Part shown: positions 19,071 through 29,916 of the stretch, piece after piece | How the letters are laid out: each line of letters begins with the position of its first letter | Position numbering within the stretch: position 1 is the stretch's first letter | IMG/VR virus record: IMGVR_UViG_3300031760_000024 | Span: 1 to 64,000 of that record | Source: a virus | Lineage: Duplodnaviria; Caudoviricetes | Length of the DNA: 64,000 nucleotides | Direction: 5' to 3' (one strand) | The notes under the pieces: generated by a model | Told to the model about the DNA's origin: nothing | The model's database searches: none | The model's input: the letters and a program-made list of their open reading frames with translations, nothing else | Position numbers and translations under genes: made by a program

Positions 19071-19591
19071 CGCGTATGGGAATAAAAGTAATTTTTCTTG
19101 ATTGTGATGGTGTATTGAATACTGAATATAGTACATCGTCTTTTGGCAGATATATTGGTTGTGATGATGATAAGTTGGAGAGGCTAAAAAGAATAGTGGA
19201 CGAGACAGGCGCAAAGATTGTGGTTTCGTCCACTTGGCGTCTTGATATATCTCGCGGAAATGGGAGCTTCTGGGCGTGTGGTATTTATCAATACTTGTTG
19301 GATAAACTTGCCAAGTATGGTCTTGATGTATTCGACATTACGCCGGACTTATCAAGAGCATGTAGATCCCGTGGTATTGAAATCCATACGTGGTTAGAAG
19401 AACACAAAGACCTAAATATAGAAAGTTGGGTAGTGCTGGATGATGAATGGTTTTGGGATTTTGTTTATCCTGAATATGAGATCCGCCAGCATTTAGTAGA
19501 AACTAACTTCTATATCAGAGACGGCGGGTTACAAAATACACATGTTGCAAAAGCAATACGTATTCTGAACGGTGAAACCGTAGATAAATGA
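19058..19591 (+). CDS. HAD phosphatase, RNA-repair-associated (HAD_SAK_2-like)
   Basis: IFLDCDGVLN, VVSSTWR, RGIEIHTWL, WVVLDD. Confidence 0.8.
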   Translation: MDGVTRMGIKVIFLDCDGVLNTEYSTSSFGRYIGCDDDKLERLKRIVDETGAKIVVSSTWRLDISRGNGSFWACGIYQYLLDKLAKYGLDVFDITPDLSRACRSRGIEIHTWLEEHKDLNIESWVVLDDEWFWDFVYPEYEIRQHLVETNFYIRDGGLQNTHVAKAIRILNGETVDK

Positions 19592-20883
19592 TGGGAGGGT
19601 ACAGGATGGGAACAAATTATTATTTAATAACAAAAAGCAAGCGTCTGGTACATACGCACTTCGCCACCAAAGTGGATTATGGTGGGGCACATCCTGAGTA
19701 TTTGGATCAGGAATATAAGTTGTGTGATGTGCCGGACTTTTATTATGAAATCCATCTTAACAAATGCAGCATGGGTTGGAGACCGCTATTTCAACGCCAT
19801 AAAGCCTTTCAGTCGTTTACTGAATTGGAGAATTTTGTGAAAAAGTATCAGCGGTATCTAACAATTCAGAATGAATACGGTGAGACGTTTACGTTGGATG
19901 AATACAAAAAGATTATTGTGGATCATGGTTCTCGTAAACCCGAGCCTATGAAGTGGGTTTATAAGGAAGATAAGATATGTGGTGTACCGGGTAAGTTGTA
20001 TTTACAGACTGAAAGATGTAAAGAAAGTGAAGCGGATTTGTATATGCCATTTATTCACTCGGAATATGGTCATACAAAAATGGAAGCATATCAGAGGCTT
20101 CGGTCATTTGGTCAGGCAGGTTATATATATGTTGGAGATTGCTTAGAGTTGTCCAAATACTCTGAGGATCCTGACTACCCGATAGATTGGTGTGATGGGG
20201 AGTTTAGTTGATGGGAAAGAAAATGACTATAAAAATAAGCCGATGGATACCGGACGAAGCAAAGAATAAACAGTTATGGTTGATACGTATACCATACTGG
20301 AAGTGCGAGAACTGTGGCAAAGGCAGTCATCGCTGGGATACAGATTCACCGGAACCACAATTGGTACAATGCCCGGACTGTAAAGCAATTATGATAAATA
20401 AAGAAACCGTTTCTAGAGGAGATTGATATATGTATGAGTGTTTTCATTGTTTAAGTCGGTCTGTTATATGGGACTGTGATTATAGTTTTGAAGATTTTTG
20501 CATGGATGGCGAAGGTATAATACAGTGTTGCCATTGTACGAATTGCGGTGCGCAGATTGAATATTACATCAGTTTCAATAAAGAAGAGGAATGATAAAAT
20601 GATTAGTGTCAATAAGTTATTACCAAATAGCGATATACCAAATAAGCAATATCTTGTACTTGTGAAAGTTGGAACAGACGAATATCCAGTGTATTCATAT
20701 GAGGTTATGTTTTACCGTTCGAAGGAGCAGGATGGGTTTTATCTTGGTAACAATCCAGATCCTGATCCGCCTCCATATGGTTGGTGGATGCTTGATGATA
20801 ACTTTGAATATTATTCATTTGATGTGGTAGCGTGGATGGAGTGCCCTGACGTGGAGGAGGTGCTGAATGCAGAATTATCATAA
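19588..20883 (+). CDS. four hypothetical ORFs (19588-20211, 20208-20426, 20430-20594, 20599-20883 DUF551-like)
   Basis: Tandem ORFs; two have CxxC pairs. Confidence 0.55.
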
Positions 20884-23800
20884 ACACAGTTATTATTCAA
20901 ATTTATATAGTGCAGATGCAATTCCATCATATGAGGATTATGCAAAAAGAGCAGTAGAGTTGGGACATAAGGTATTGAGTTCTGCGGAGCATGGTTGGCA
21001 GGGATATTACCATCAAGTATATGAGTTATCAAAAAAATATAATTTAAAGTGTGTCGTTGGAACTGAGGCATACTGGGTAAAAGATCGATTTGAAAATGAT
21101 AAGTCAAATAAGCATATTATCTTACTTGCCAAGTCTAATATGGGTAGAGAAGCAATTAACGATATTTTATCAGAGGCTAATATTAGTGGATATTATTATC
21201 GCCCTCGAATTGATTTACAGTTACTTCTTAGCCTACCTCCAGATGATGTTTTTGTTACATCTGCATGTATTGCATTTAGCGGATATGATAATACTGACAA
21301 TATCATTTTGGCGTTGCACGAACACTTTGGAAATAATTTTATGCTTGAAATACAAGCACATGCAACTGAACAGCAAGTAAAATGGAACTCTCATTTGCAA
21401 GAATTGTCGGCTCAACACAATATTGAAATGATTGCCGGAGTCGATTCTCATTTTATCTATCCACAGGATAGTATTCTGCGTGATGATTTATTAGCATCAA
21501 AAGGTGTTCATTACGAAGACGAAGAAGGATGGTTTATGGATTATCCTGATGACTCGACATTTCGTAATCGTTTAATGCAGCAGGGTATTTGGAAAGAAGA
21601 ACAAGTGACACGTTTGATGAATAATACAGATGTTACATTAGATTTTTGTGATTACGATACAGTAAGAGTCTTTACTAAGGACATTAAACTTCCTTCACTG
21701 TATCCAGACAAAACACAGGAAGAAAAGAATCAAATATACAAAGATTTAATCAATGAGAAACTGACAGAGTATTTAAAGGGAGTCCCACAAGAACGGCATC
21801 AAGAATATATAGATGGTGTAAATGCGGAAGTACAAACATACATAGACACTGGAATGGTTGATTATCCATTGCTTGACTATGCAATTGTTAATGATGCGAT
21901 AGACCACGGATGTCTTGTTACTTCCACTGGACGTGGCTCTGCTGTAGGTTACTTTACAAACACGTTATGTGGATTCTCTAAGGTTGATAGATTTACTTCA
22001 GCAATTAAATTGTACCCAGAACGATTTATTTCAACCACGAGAATCCTTGAAACAAAGTCTTTGCCTGATATCGACTTAAATACTGGAACCCCAGATATTT
22101 TAGAGGAATCTCAAAAACGTTTGTTGGGTGAAGACCATGCAGCTCCAATGATTGCATTCGGCACGTTAAAGAAGAAGGCTGCATTTAAGCTTTATGCTAA
22201 ATCACAACACATGGACTTTACGCTTGCCAATCAAATCTCAGCACAGATTTCAGCATATGATGATGCTGTCAAACATGCCGACGAAGATGATAAGGATGAT
22301 ATTGATGTGTATGATTTTGTAGATAAACAATATCAATCTTATCTAGATCAGAGCCAGCAGTACTGGGGAGTAATATCAGATAAAAAGAAGGCTCCAAGCG
22401 CTTACTTATTATATGATGGTGACATTAGAAGAGAGATCGGACTAATAAAGTGCAAGAGTGAATCTACAAAAAAAGAGTATATCACATGTTGTATTGATGG
22501 TGCTGTAGCAGAAAATTATAAATTTTTGAAGAATGATATTCTTAAAGTGGATGTCGTTCTTTTAATTGCAAAAGTTTTTGAAAGAATTGGAATACAGCCT
22601 TTTGATGTTAATACATTAATTAAAACAGTTACTAACGATGAAAAAGTGTGGGATTTGTATGCAAAGGGCTATACTATTGGGCTTAACCAAGTGGAAAAGA
22701 TGGGAAGTACGAAAAAGTGTATGAATTATAAGCCTCATAACGTATCGGAGTTAAGTGCATTTGTAGCTGCAATTAGACCTGGCTTTAAGTCAATGTATTC
22801 TCGATATGAAAACAGAGAAGATTTTTCATGGGGAATTCCTGCGCTTGACAACTTGTTACGTACTAACGAACTTCCTGTTTCATTTTTGTTTTTCCAAGAG
22901 CAAGTAATGTCAGTACTTAACTATGCTGGATTTCCAATGGATGAATGTTATGGTATTATCAAAGCTATTGCAAAGAAACATCCTGAAAAAGTGAAACCAT
23001 TAAAACAAAAGTTTATTGATGGATTCTATAATAAATTATTGGAAGAAGGTTTGTCAGAAGAAGACGCGAGATCAAACGCAGAAAAAGTTTGGATAATCGT
23101 TAACGATAACTGTGGTTATTCATTTAATAGTAGTCACGCTTTCTGTATGGCGCTCGATTCATTATATCAAGCATGGCAGAAAGCAAATTATCCTTACGAA
23201 TTTTATGAGGTATTGATGCAACATTATTCAGATAAGGGTAAAAAAGATAAGGTGGCTGCTCTGAAACAAGAAATGAGAATCGCTTTTGGAATTAATAGTG
23301 GTCAATATAAGTTTGGTAAAGATAATCGTGGATTTGTTGCAGATAAAGCTTCTAAATCGATTAACCCAGCATTAAAAGCAGTTAAGGGATTTAATGATGT
23401 GATTGCCAACGAACTCTATGATTTGTCACAAAACTATCAATTTGCCAACTTTATAGACCTGCTTGAGAAAATAACGCAGGAGACAAGTTGCAATTCTCGT
23501 CAGTTAGATATTTTGATCCGCCTCGGATATTTCAGCAACTACGGCGAGATTAACGAGTTACTCTACAAGACCAAGTATTTCCAGTCGCTCTTTGACAAGA
23601 CCAAAGGATACAAGAAACAGATCAAACTGTCAACTGCTAAAAAACTGGAGTTGGATACTGGGATTATTAATCAGTACTCCGAGTTTAAACCGAGTAAAAC
23701 AAATGCGGATGATGGTAACTTTGCAAATTTATGTACAAAGGATATGCTTATGGCATTAAAATATAATGGTGAACCACGATCGGTATCTGCCATAATAAGA

Positions 23801-24142
23801 GATCAACAGGAATTTTTGTCATATATTGACTATAAAGATACAAAAGCTAACCCTATGCTTGTATGTGTTACCAATTTGAATACAACGTATTCGCCTACTT
23901 TTACTGCTTACCGCCTGAAAGATGGAACAACATGTAATTTTAAGGTACATAAATCATATAACCCTAAAAATAAGAGTGTTACAAAGGCATTTAACATGTT
24001 GCCGTTTGAAAATGGTGATATACTATTTATAAAAAAATGGGAAAGAACTGTTAAGAAAAAGCCAGACGGTAATGGTGGTTGGGTGCCAGTTCCAAATTCA
24101 TATGACTGGTGGATAAATGATTATGATAAAGTAGGAAACTAA
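20867..24142 (+). CDS. dnaE: DNA polymerase III alpha subunit (DnaE-type)
   Basis: PHP domain YHKHS/SAEHG, GRGSAVG, LPDIDL, YSFNSSHA. Confidence 0.95.
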   Translation: MQNYHKHSYYSNLYSADAIPSYEDYAKRAVELGHKVLSSAEHGWQGYYHQVYELSKKYNLKCVVGTEAYWVKDRFENDKSNKHIILLAKSNMGREAINDILSEANISGYYYRPRIDLQLLLSLPPDDVFVTSACIAFSGYDNTDNIILALHEHFGNNFMLEIQAHATEQQVKWNSHLQELSAQHNIEMIAGVDSHFIYPQDSILRDDLLASKGVHYEDEEGWFMDYPDDSTFRNRLMQQGIWKEEQVTRLMNNTDVTLDFCDYDTVRVFTKDIKLPSLYPDKTQEEKNQIYKDLINEKLTEYLKGVPQERHQEYIDGVNAEVQTYIDTGMVDYPLLDYAIVNDAIDHGCLVTSTGRGSAVGYFTNTLCGFSKVDRFTSAIKLYPERFISTTRILETKSLPDIDLNTGTPDILEESQKRLLGEDHAAPMIAFGTLKKKAAFKLYAKSQHMDFTLANQISAQISAYDDAVKHADEDDKDDIDVYDFVDKQYQSYLDQSQQYWGVISDKKKAPSAYLLYDGDIRREIGLIKCKSESTKKEYITCCIDGAVAENYKFLKNDILKVDVVLLIAKVFERIGIQPFDVNTLIKTVTNDEKVWDLYAKGYTIGLNQVEKMGSTKKCMNYKPHNVSELSAFVAAIRPGFKSMYSRYENREDFSWGIPALDNLLRTNELPVSFLFFQEQVMSVLNYAGFPMDECYGIIKAIAKKHPEKVKPLKQKFIDGFYNKLLEEGLSEEDARSNAEKVWIIVNDNCGYSFNSSHAFCMALDSLYQAWQKANYPYEFYEVLMQHYSDKGKKDKVAALKQEMRIAFGINSGQYKFGKDNRGFVADKASKSINPALKAVKGFNDVIANELYDLSQNYQFANFIDLLEKITQETSCNSRQLDILIRLGYFSNYGEINELLYKTKYFQSLFDKTKGYKKQIKLSTAKKLELDTGIINQYSEFKPSKTNADDGNFANLCTKDMLMALKYNGEPRSVSAIIRDQQEFLSYIDYKDTKANPMLVCVTNLNTTYSPTFTAYRLKDGTTCNFKVHKSYNPKNKSVTKAFNMLPFENGDILFIKKWERTVKKKPDGNGGWVPVPNSYDWWINDYDKVGN

Positions 24143-24174
24143 CTATTGCATTTGTACGATGAGTGTGATATAAT
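24124..24174 (+). promoter_or_regulatory. sigma-A promoter with conserved upstream box overlapping the dnaE end
   Basis: TTGCAT(24146)-17-TATAAT(24169) with TG extension; 23/25 identity to 7173-7197. Confidence 0.75.
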
Positions 24175-24204
24175 AGAAAATGAGCATATAAGAAAGGAGC
24201 TTTA

Positions 24205-24297
24205 ATGATTGTACAGTTAAGAGACTACTGGTGCATTCGTATCTTCGGTAAAGACTTCTATATCAAAAAGCCAAAATGGAAAAGGAGAAAGAAATGA
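24205..24297 (+). CDS. 30-aa basic peptide
   Basis: RBS AAGGAG; MIVQLRDYWCIRIFGKDFYIKKPKWKRRKK*. Confidence 0.45.
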   Translation: MIVQLRDYWCIRIFGKDFYIKKPKWKRRKK

Positions 24298-25115
24298 ACC
24301 GAAGTAAAAATGTAGCCTGTGCACTGATCGTTTTCATTATTCTAATGGTAACACTCCCGTTAGTGTTGACCGTCAGAGTTAAGGAATTCGATAACCTTGT
24401 AAAAGAAAAGAATGAAGTTATTGCGGAGTTGACTAATGAAAAGGCGTCATTAGAGGAGCAAATTAAACAACTACAAGATAACATCACTAATCTTGAAAAG
24501 GAAATATCACAACTTAATAATGACTACGTAGTTGTATTACGCGACTATGAGGAACTCAAGCAAACGCTTGGAGAACCAGCAGAAGAGGAACAACAGGAAG
24601 AAACAGAAAACCAAGTAACTATTGAAAACAAGAAGAAAGAAGAATTATATGCTCAAAAACCAGAAACACCAACCACTCAAAGAGCGGTTGAAGAGACAAC
24701 TGAATCAGTTGAAGAAATCACCAAATCAACAGAGTCATTTTTCATCGAAGAAACAACGGATGATACAGAAACCACAGAAGCGGAACAGAGAACAGAGAAC
24801 GGTATCACCCTTCTTTATTCCGAGACGTATCCGAAGACGGATGGACACCTCACGAAGTCGAACGGAGTAGTATATTACAACGGTCACAAAGAGACGTGGT
24901 ACTCAATCCACGAGCCGGGACAAACGGTAACTGCCCGTGATATTCCCGGCAAACACATAGCAGATGACGGTACGATCCGTGATGCCGATGGATATGTATG
25001 CGTAGCGTCATCTGACTTATCATTTTATAGCGTCGTAATGACCACTGTAGGCCCCGGCAAGGTATATGACTGCGGATGTAGTCATGGTACAATCGACGTT
25101 TACACTAATTGGTAA
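24294..25115 (+). CDS. membrane-anchored coiled-coil protein with C-terminal 3D/RlpA-like domain
   Basis: N-terminal TM, coiled coil, Glu/Thr linker, then GYVCVAS...VVMTTVGPGKVYDCG...GTIDVY. Confidence 0.6.
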   Translation: MNRSKNVACALIVFIILMVTLPLVLTVRVKEFDNLVKEKNEVIAELTNEKASLEEQIKQLQDNITNLEKEISQLNNDYVVVLRDYEELKQTLGEPAEEEQQEETENQVTIENKKKEELYAQKPETPTTQRAVEETTESVEEITKSTESFFIEETTDDTETTEAEQRTENGITLLYSETYPKTDGHLTKSNGVVYYNGHKETWYSIHEPGQTVTARDIPGKHIADDGTIRDADGYVCVASSDLSFYSVVMTTVGPGKVYDCGCSHGTIDVYTNW

Positions 25116-25146
25116 AAGTAGAAAACTAAATAAAGGAGCATAATTA

Positions 25147-25674
25147 ATGAAGGTAATCACTATTAGCGGATATGCAGAATCTGGAAAAGACACTGTTGCT
25201 AATCAAATTAAATGGCAGTTACAGGATATGAAGTTTGACACAAGAATTGTTATTATCCATTACGCAGATATCCTAAAGTTTATTTGCAAACAATATTTTG
25301 GATGGGACGGACAGAAAGACAATAAGGGGAGAGAGTTATTGCAACATGTCGGGACAGACATTGTTCGTGCCAAAGACGAAAACTATTGGATTAATTTTGT
25401 TGTTCAGATAATTGATATGTTCAAAGATGAATGGGATTACGTGCTTATACCTGATTGTCGTTTTCCGAACGAGGCGGATGTTATCAAATCTAAATTTGAT
25501 AGTATAGCAATTCGCGTCGTACGACCGGGATATAAAAATCATTTAACCGAAGAACAAAGACATCATGCATCGGAAATATCTATGGATGGTTACAAGTTTG
25601 ATTACATTATCAATAATCCGGGAACCGAAGGACTGGAGGAAAACGTTGCAGACTTCATTAGGAGACGCTTATGA
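25147..25674 (+). CDS. deoxynucleoside monophosphate kinase
   Basis: ISGYAESGKDT, RELLQHVGTD, IPDCRFPNE. Confidence 0.85.
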   Translation: MKVITISGYAESGKDTVANQIKWQLQDMKFDTRIVIIHYADILKFICKQYFGWDGQKDNKGRELLQHVGTDIVRAKDENYWINFVVQIIDMFKDEWDYVLIPDCRFPNEADVIKSKFDSIAIRVVRPGYKNHLTEEQRHHASEISMDGYKFDYIINNPGTEGLEENVADFIRRRL

Positions 25675-26237
25675 AAAGAGACTTATTTATAGACTTAGAT
25701 GGCGTATGCTATGACACCATAGGACGCATATGTGCTTTATATAATGAGGACTTTCAATACTATGACGGGTTTGAGCGCATAAAACCAGAACAAATCACGT
25801 CATGGGACTTTGATGAATTGAGGCTGACCACGAAATCGTATATTGACTACTATTTCTGTCAGCCTCGATTCTTTGAAAAACTTAAACTAATGCCTTTTGT
25901 GATCACATATATTGATAGGTTAATTAGCGATGGATATAAAGTTACGTTTATTTCCAAAGGCGAAAAACCAAATTTAAGATTAAAGAATATATGGATTAAG
26001 GATAACTTGCCACTTTGTAATTATATCGGTGTACCGATACATCAAGACAAGTCGATAATAGATATGAGCGGTTGTATATTTATTGATGATAGTATAGCCA
26101 ATCTGTCTACAAGCAATGCAGATTATAAGATTTGCTTTGGCAAAGTATATCCGTGGAATGCTGATTGGGGAGGCATTAGATGTAAAGACTGGTTTAATGT
26201 TTACAAAAAAATTAGGGAGATTGAAAATGAAAATTAA
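25671..26237 (+). CDS. 5'(3')-deoxyribonucleotidase (HAD, NT5C-like)
   Basis: FIDLDGVCYD, IFIDD, YPWN. Confidence 0.8.
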   Translation: MKRDLFIDLDGVCYDTIGRICALYNEDFQYYDGFERIKPEQITSWDFDELRLTTKSYIDYYFCQPRFFEKLKLMPFVITYIDRLISDGYKVTFISKGEKPNLRLKNIWIKDNLPLCNYIGVPIHQDKSIIDMSGCIFIDDSIANLSTSNADYKICFGKVYPWNADWGGIRCKDWFNVYKKIREIENEN

Positions 26238-26466
26238 ATTCCGTAGAGTTGAACAAATTGAATCGTTCTGTAAATTAGCAGAAAAGTATAATGGAGACGT
26301 GATAGTTAGTGAAGGTAGTGTTCAGGTTGATGGTGAATCATTTGTTGGTTTAATTCTGTTTGGTGTGAACAAAACTCTTGATGTAAAAATAGCCAATGAG
26401 TTTTCCGATGAGGGAAAAATCTTCAAAATGGAAATTGATAAACTTGGAATAAAAGTAAAGGAGTAG
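26227..26466 (+). CDS. HPr-like protein lacking His15
   Basis: VDGESFVGL resembles HPr V(D/N)AKSIMG; N-terminal pattern of clostridial HPr-like proteins. Confidence 0.6.
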   Translation: MKIKFRRVEQIESFCKLAEKYNGDVIVSEGSVQVDGESFVGLILFGVNKTLDVKIANEFSDEGKIFKMEIDKLGIKVKE

Positions 26467-26470
26467 ACGC

Positions 26471-26836
26471 ATGTACACATATCAAATGATCGGAGTTGCA
26501 GATGAAAACGGTAAAACATACAAATCCAAATACGGCACATATAACAAGGAAACTGGTTTCGTATTTCTTGAAGATGTGGATGTCGGGGCAGATCTTATCA
26601 ATAGGCTTTTTCATGATGATATTTGGAAACTAGAAGAGCCAGAACGCAAGAAAATGAGTATTGCGGATATTGAGAAAGAGCTGGGTTACAGAGTACAGAT
26701 TGCTGACCCTGAGTTTAATAAGCCGCAAGAAGAGAAGAAGGTGTTATCACAGAAGCACAAACAGGAAGTGGATGATGCGGTAGACTTCTTTAAGCGGTTT
26801 TTCGGGATTGAGTTAGATCCAAAGAAATATTACTAA
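26471..26836 (+). CDS. hypothetical protein
   Basis: RBS AAGGAG; KKMSIADIEKELGY motif. Confidence 0.6.
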   Translation: MYTYQMIGVADENGKTYKSKYGTYNKETGFVFLEDVDVGADLINRLFHDDIWKLEEPERKKMSIADIEKELGYRVQIADPEFNKPQEEKKVLSQKHKQEVDDAVDFFKRFFGIELDPKKYY

Positions 26837-26860
26837 AAACTACAGATTGGAGATTTGATT

Positions 26861-29800
26861 ATGAAAGTTGTCAAAAGAGATGGCCGGAAAGTCAACTTCA
26901 ATAAGGAGAATATTAAAAATGCAATTATAAAAGCCTTTGAAAGCGTTGACGGTGTTGTAACACCATATGCGGAAAACAAGGCTAAAGAGATTGCCACACA
27001 TATTGAATCCCTTAATAGAAGATTGACAGTCGAAGAAATACAAGACGAGATTGAAAATAAACTCATGGCTTCCAATAGGAAGGATGTAGCCAAGAGCTAC
27101 ATATTATATAGGGATGAACGAACTAGAGAACGAGAAAGAAAAAGCACACTTATTAAAAATGTAGGTGAGAAATTAAGAGCAGATAACGTACAGAATCAAA
27201 ATGCTAATGTTGATGAACATTCATTTGGCGGCAGAAAAGGCGAAGCAGATAGTGAATTAATGAAAACATATGCCCTTAACTATTGTATGTCAGAAATGTC
27301 AAGAAACAACCATCTGAATAATGAGATTTACATACACGATCTCGATTCGTATGCGGTAGGGATGCATAACTGTTTGACACTGCCGTTTGACAAATTATTA
27401 GCAACAGGATTCAACACTAGGCAGACTGATGTAAGACCAGCTAATTCTGTTAATACAGCATTTCAGTTGGTGGCTGTGTTATTTCAATTACAGTCATTAC
27501 AACAGTTTGGAGGTTGTTCCGCAAGTCATTTGGACTGGACAATGGTTCCGTATGTACGAAAGAGTTTTACAAAACACTTAGGAGACGGACTCGCATATGT
27601 AGAAAAGAAAAGCGAATATAAAGTTCAGCGATTTCATAAATGGCTAGAACATGATACAGAAAATCATCCTGATGGTACTATTCATTTTGATGATGAAGCG
27701 TTTAAAAATCTACATCCAGACGCATGGGAATATGCGATGGATTTAACAGAGCGTGAAACACAGCAAGCCGTTGAGGGTATGTACCATAACCTTAACACAC
27801 TGCAAAGCCGTTCGGGAAACCAGTTACCTTTTACGTCAATCAACTACGGTACATGTACACTACCGGAAGGGCGCATGGTAACTAAAGCGTTACTCGAAGG
27901 TTCGATAAAAGGGGTTGGGAAGTTCCATAAGACGCCTATTTTCCCATGTGGAATATTTCAGTGTATGAAAGGCGTTAATCGTCATCCTGGCGATCCGAAT
28001 TATGACTTATTTCAGTTAGCGCTTCGGTCTACATCGCAGAGACTTTATCCGAATTATGCTAATTGTGATTGGAGCGGCAACGAAGGATACGATAGGGATG
28101 ATCCGAAAACATATTTTAGCACCATGGGTAAGCGTAAACTTATAGCTCATGTAAAACCTTTTGAACCGTTACTCGCGGGTGTGGCTTAGGCTGCTAACGG
28201 TTAGGACTCTCTGAGTTGAGACCGTGGGAAGATATACATTAGTCGGTCATGAAAGGATGGTTCATGGTCGAAACAAAATATAAAAATATCTTCGTTAATG
28301 AAGAAGATTTGGAAATATATAAGAGAACAAAAACTGGTAGGATTATTAAATTAGGTAAATGGGTGGACTCACTTGGATATTATATGATTGCTTTTAAAAC
28401 TGATGAAAAGAAATATTGGAAAAGAGTTCACAGATTAATAGCAGAAACACTAATTCCTAATCCAAATAATTATAAGCAAGTAAACCATAAAGATGGTTGC
28501 AAATTAAATAATAGTTTAAATAATTTAGAATGGTGTGATAATCAATACAACACACAAGAAGCTTATAATAATGGCTTATATAAATCCAAAAAAGAATGCC
28601 CTATAAGGGCAATAAATAAAGAAACTGGTCAAATATTAGAATTTAAAAGTATAAGAAATTGTGGAGAACAGCTCCACCTAAATAGGAAAACAATTACTTC
28701 AATCCTTAAAGGAGAGAAGAAAACAAATAATTATGAATACAATTTTGAATATATTTGACCGAATAATGTATATAACCTGTATCGACTATCCCTGATGAAT
28801 GTAAGGGAGTAGGGTTGGATATGAGTACCAACTCGAAGCGGAAGGCTATCGAAAGATAGAAGATATAGTCAGTGCCTCTGGCGACAGAGGGTAAACATGT
28901 GTAGAACAGCTAACGGCTTTGATATTAACGGCTTCGGGCAGTTAAAAGATGGGCGTGGCAACATTTGCCCAGTAACAATTATTATGCCAACATTGGCGAT
29001 GGAGGCTATAAAACAACAGGAATATAATCCCGCAAATGAACAAGCAGATGAAATTGCTAAAAAATTATATGTTAAACGATTCATGTTATTGTTAAACAAA
29101 AAAATCCACGAAGCCAAGGATATGCTTATTGAACGATTTGAATGGATTTGTTCACAGAGTCCTGCTTCAGCAAAGTTTATGTATGAGAATGGTACTATGG
29201 AAGGATATGTACCAGAGGAAGGCATTCGCTCTGCTCTGAAACATGGGACATTAGCAATAGGGCAGATTGGTTTAGCGGAGACATTACAGATACTTATTGG
29301 TTGCGATCACACAACGGAAGAAGGTATGAAAGTTGCTAAACAAATCGAACAATTATTTAAGGACAAATGTTCTGAATTCAAGGAAGAATACAAACTTAAC
29401 TTCGGCGTATACTACACTCCTGCCGAGAATCTGTGTTATACGGCGATGAAGAAATTTCAACAGGCTTACGGTTTAATTCCGAAGATTTCTGACAAATCGT
29501 TCCTCACAAACTCGATCCATGTGCCCGTCTGGTATGAATGTGATCCATTCACAAAGATTGACATTGAATCGCAACTCACTGGATATTCGTCAGCAGGATG
29601 TATCGTCTATGTGGAGTTTGACGCTAGCGCAAAACAGAATCTTGAAGCATTAGAGACGGTTGTTAATTATGCAATGGACAAAGACATACCTTATTTTGCC
29701 GTAAATGTACCCTGTGATACCTGTTTGGATTGTGGGTATACAGATGATCTTAATGATGTTTGCCCAGAATGTGGTGGTCATCATATTCAAAGATTACGTA

Positions 29801-29904
29801 GAGTCACCGGCTATTTAACTGGCGATTACAAAACAGCATTTAATCTTGGTAAACAACAGGAAACAGAGATGCGATTTAAACATAGTAAGTTAATTAATAA
29901 TTAA
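26861..29904 (+). CDS. nrdD: anaerobic ribonucleoside-triphosphate reductase (exons 26861-28129 and 28900-29904)
   Basis: ATP cone, YIHDLD; splicing restores TMG|CRT; C-terminal CxxC...CxxC and RRVTGYL glycyl-radical loop. Confidence 0.93.
28130..28899 (+). mobile_element. group I intron in nrdD (770 nt)
   Basis: Exon ends in U (GGT), intron ends in G; CGACTA and AAGATATAGTC core elements present. Confidence 0.92.
28249..28758 (+). CDS. intron-encoded HNH homing endonuclease with NUMOD1-like tail
   Basis: VHRLIAETLIPNP...VNHKDGCKLNNSLNNLEW. Confidence 0.9.
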   Translation: MKGWFMVETKYKNIFVNEEDLEIYKRTKTGRIIKLGKWVDSLGYYMIAFKTDEKKYWKRVHRLIAETLIPNPNNYKQVNHKDGCKLNNSLNNLEWCDNQYNTQEAYNNGLYKSKKECPIRAINKETGQILEFKSIRNCGEQLHLNRKTITSILKGEKKTNNYEYNFEYI

Positions 29905-29916
29905 CATAATAATCTA

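Noticed and set aside
20867-24142. Intein or intron in dnaE (also checked the helicase)
   Set aside because: Normal length, continuous motifs, no intein block motifs seen
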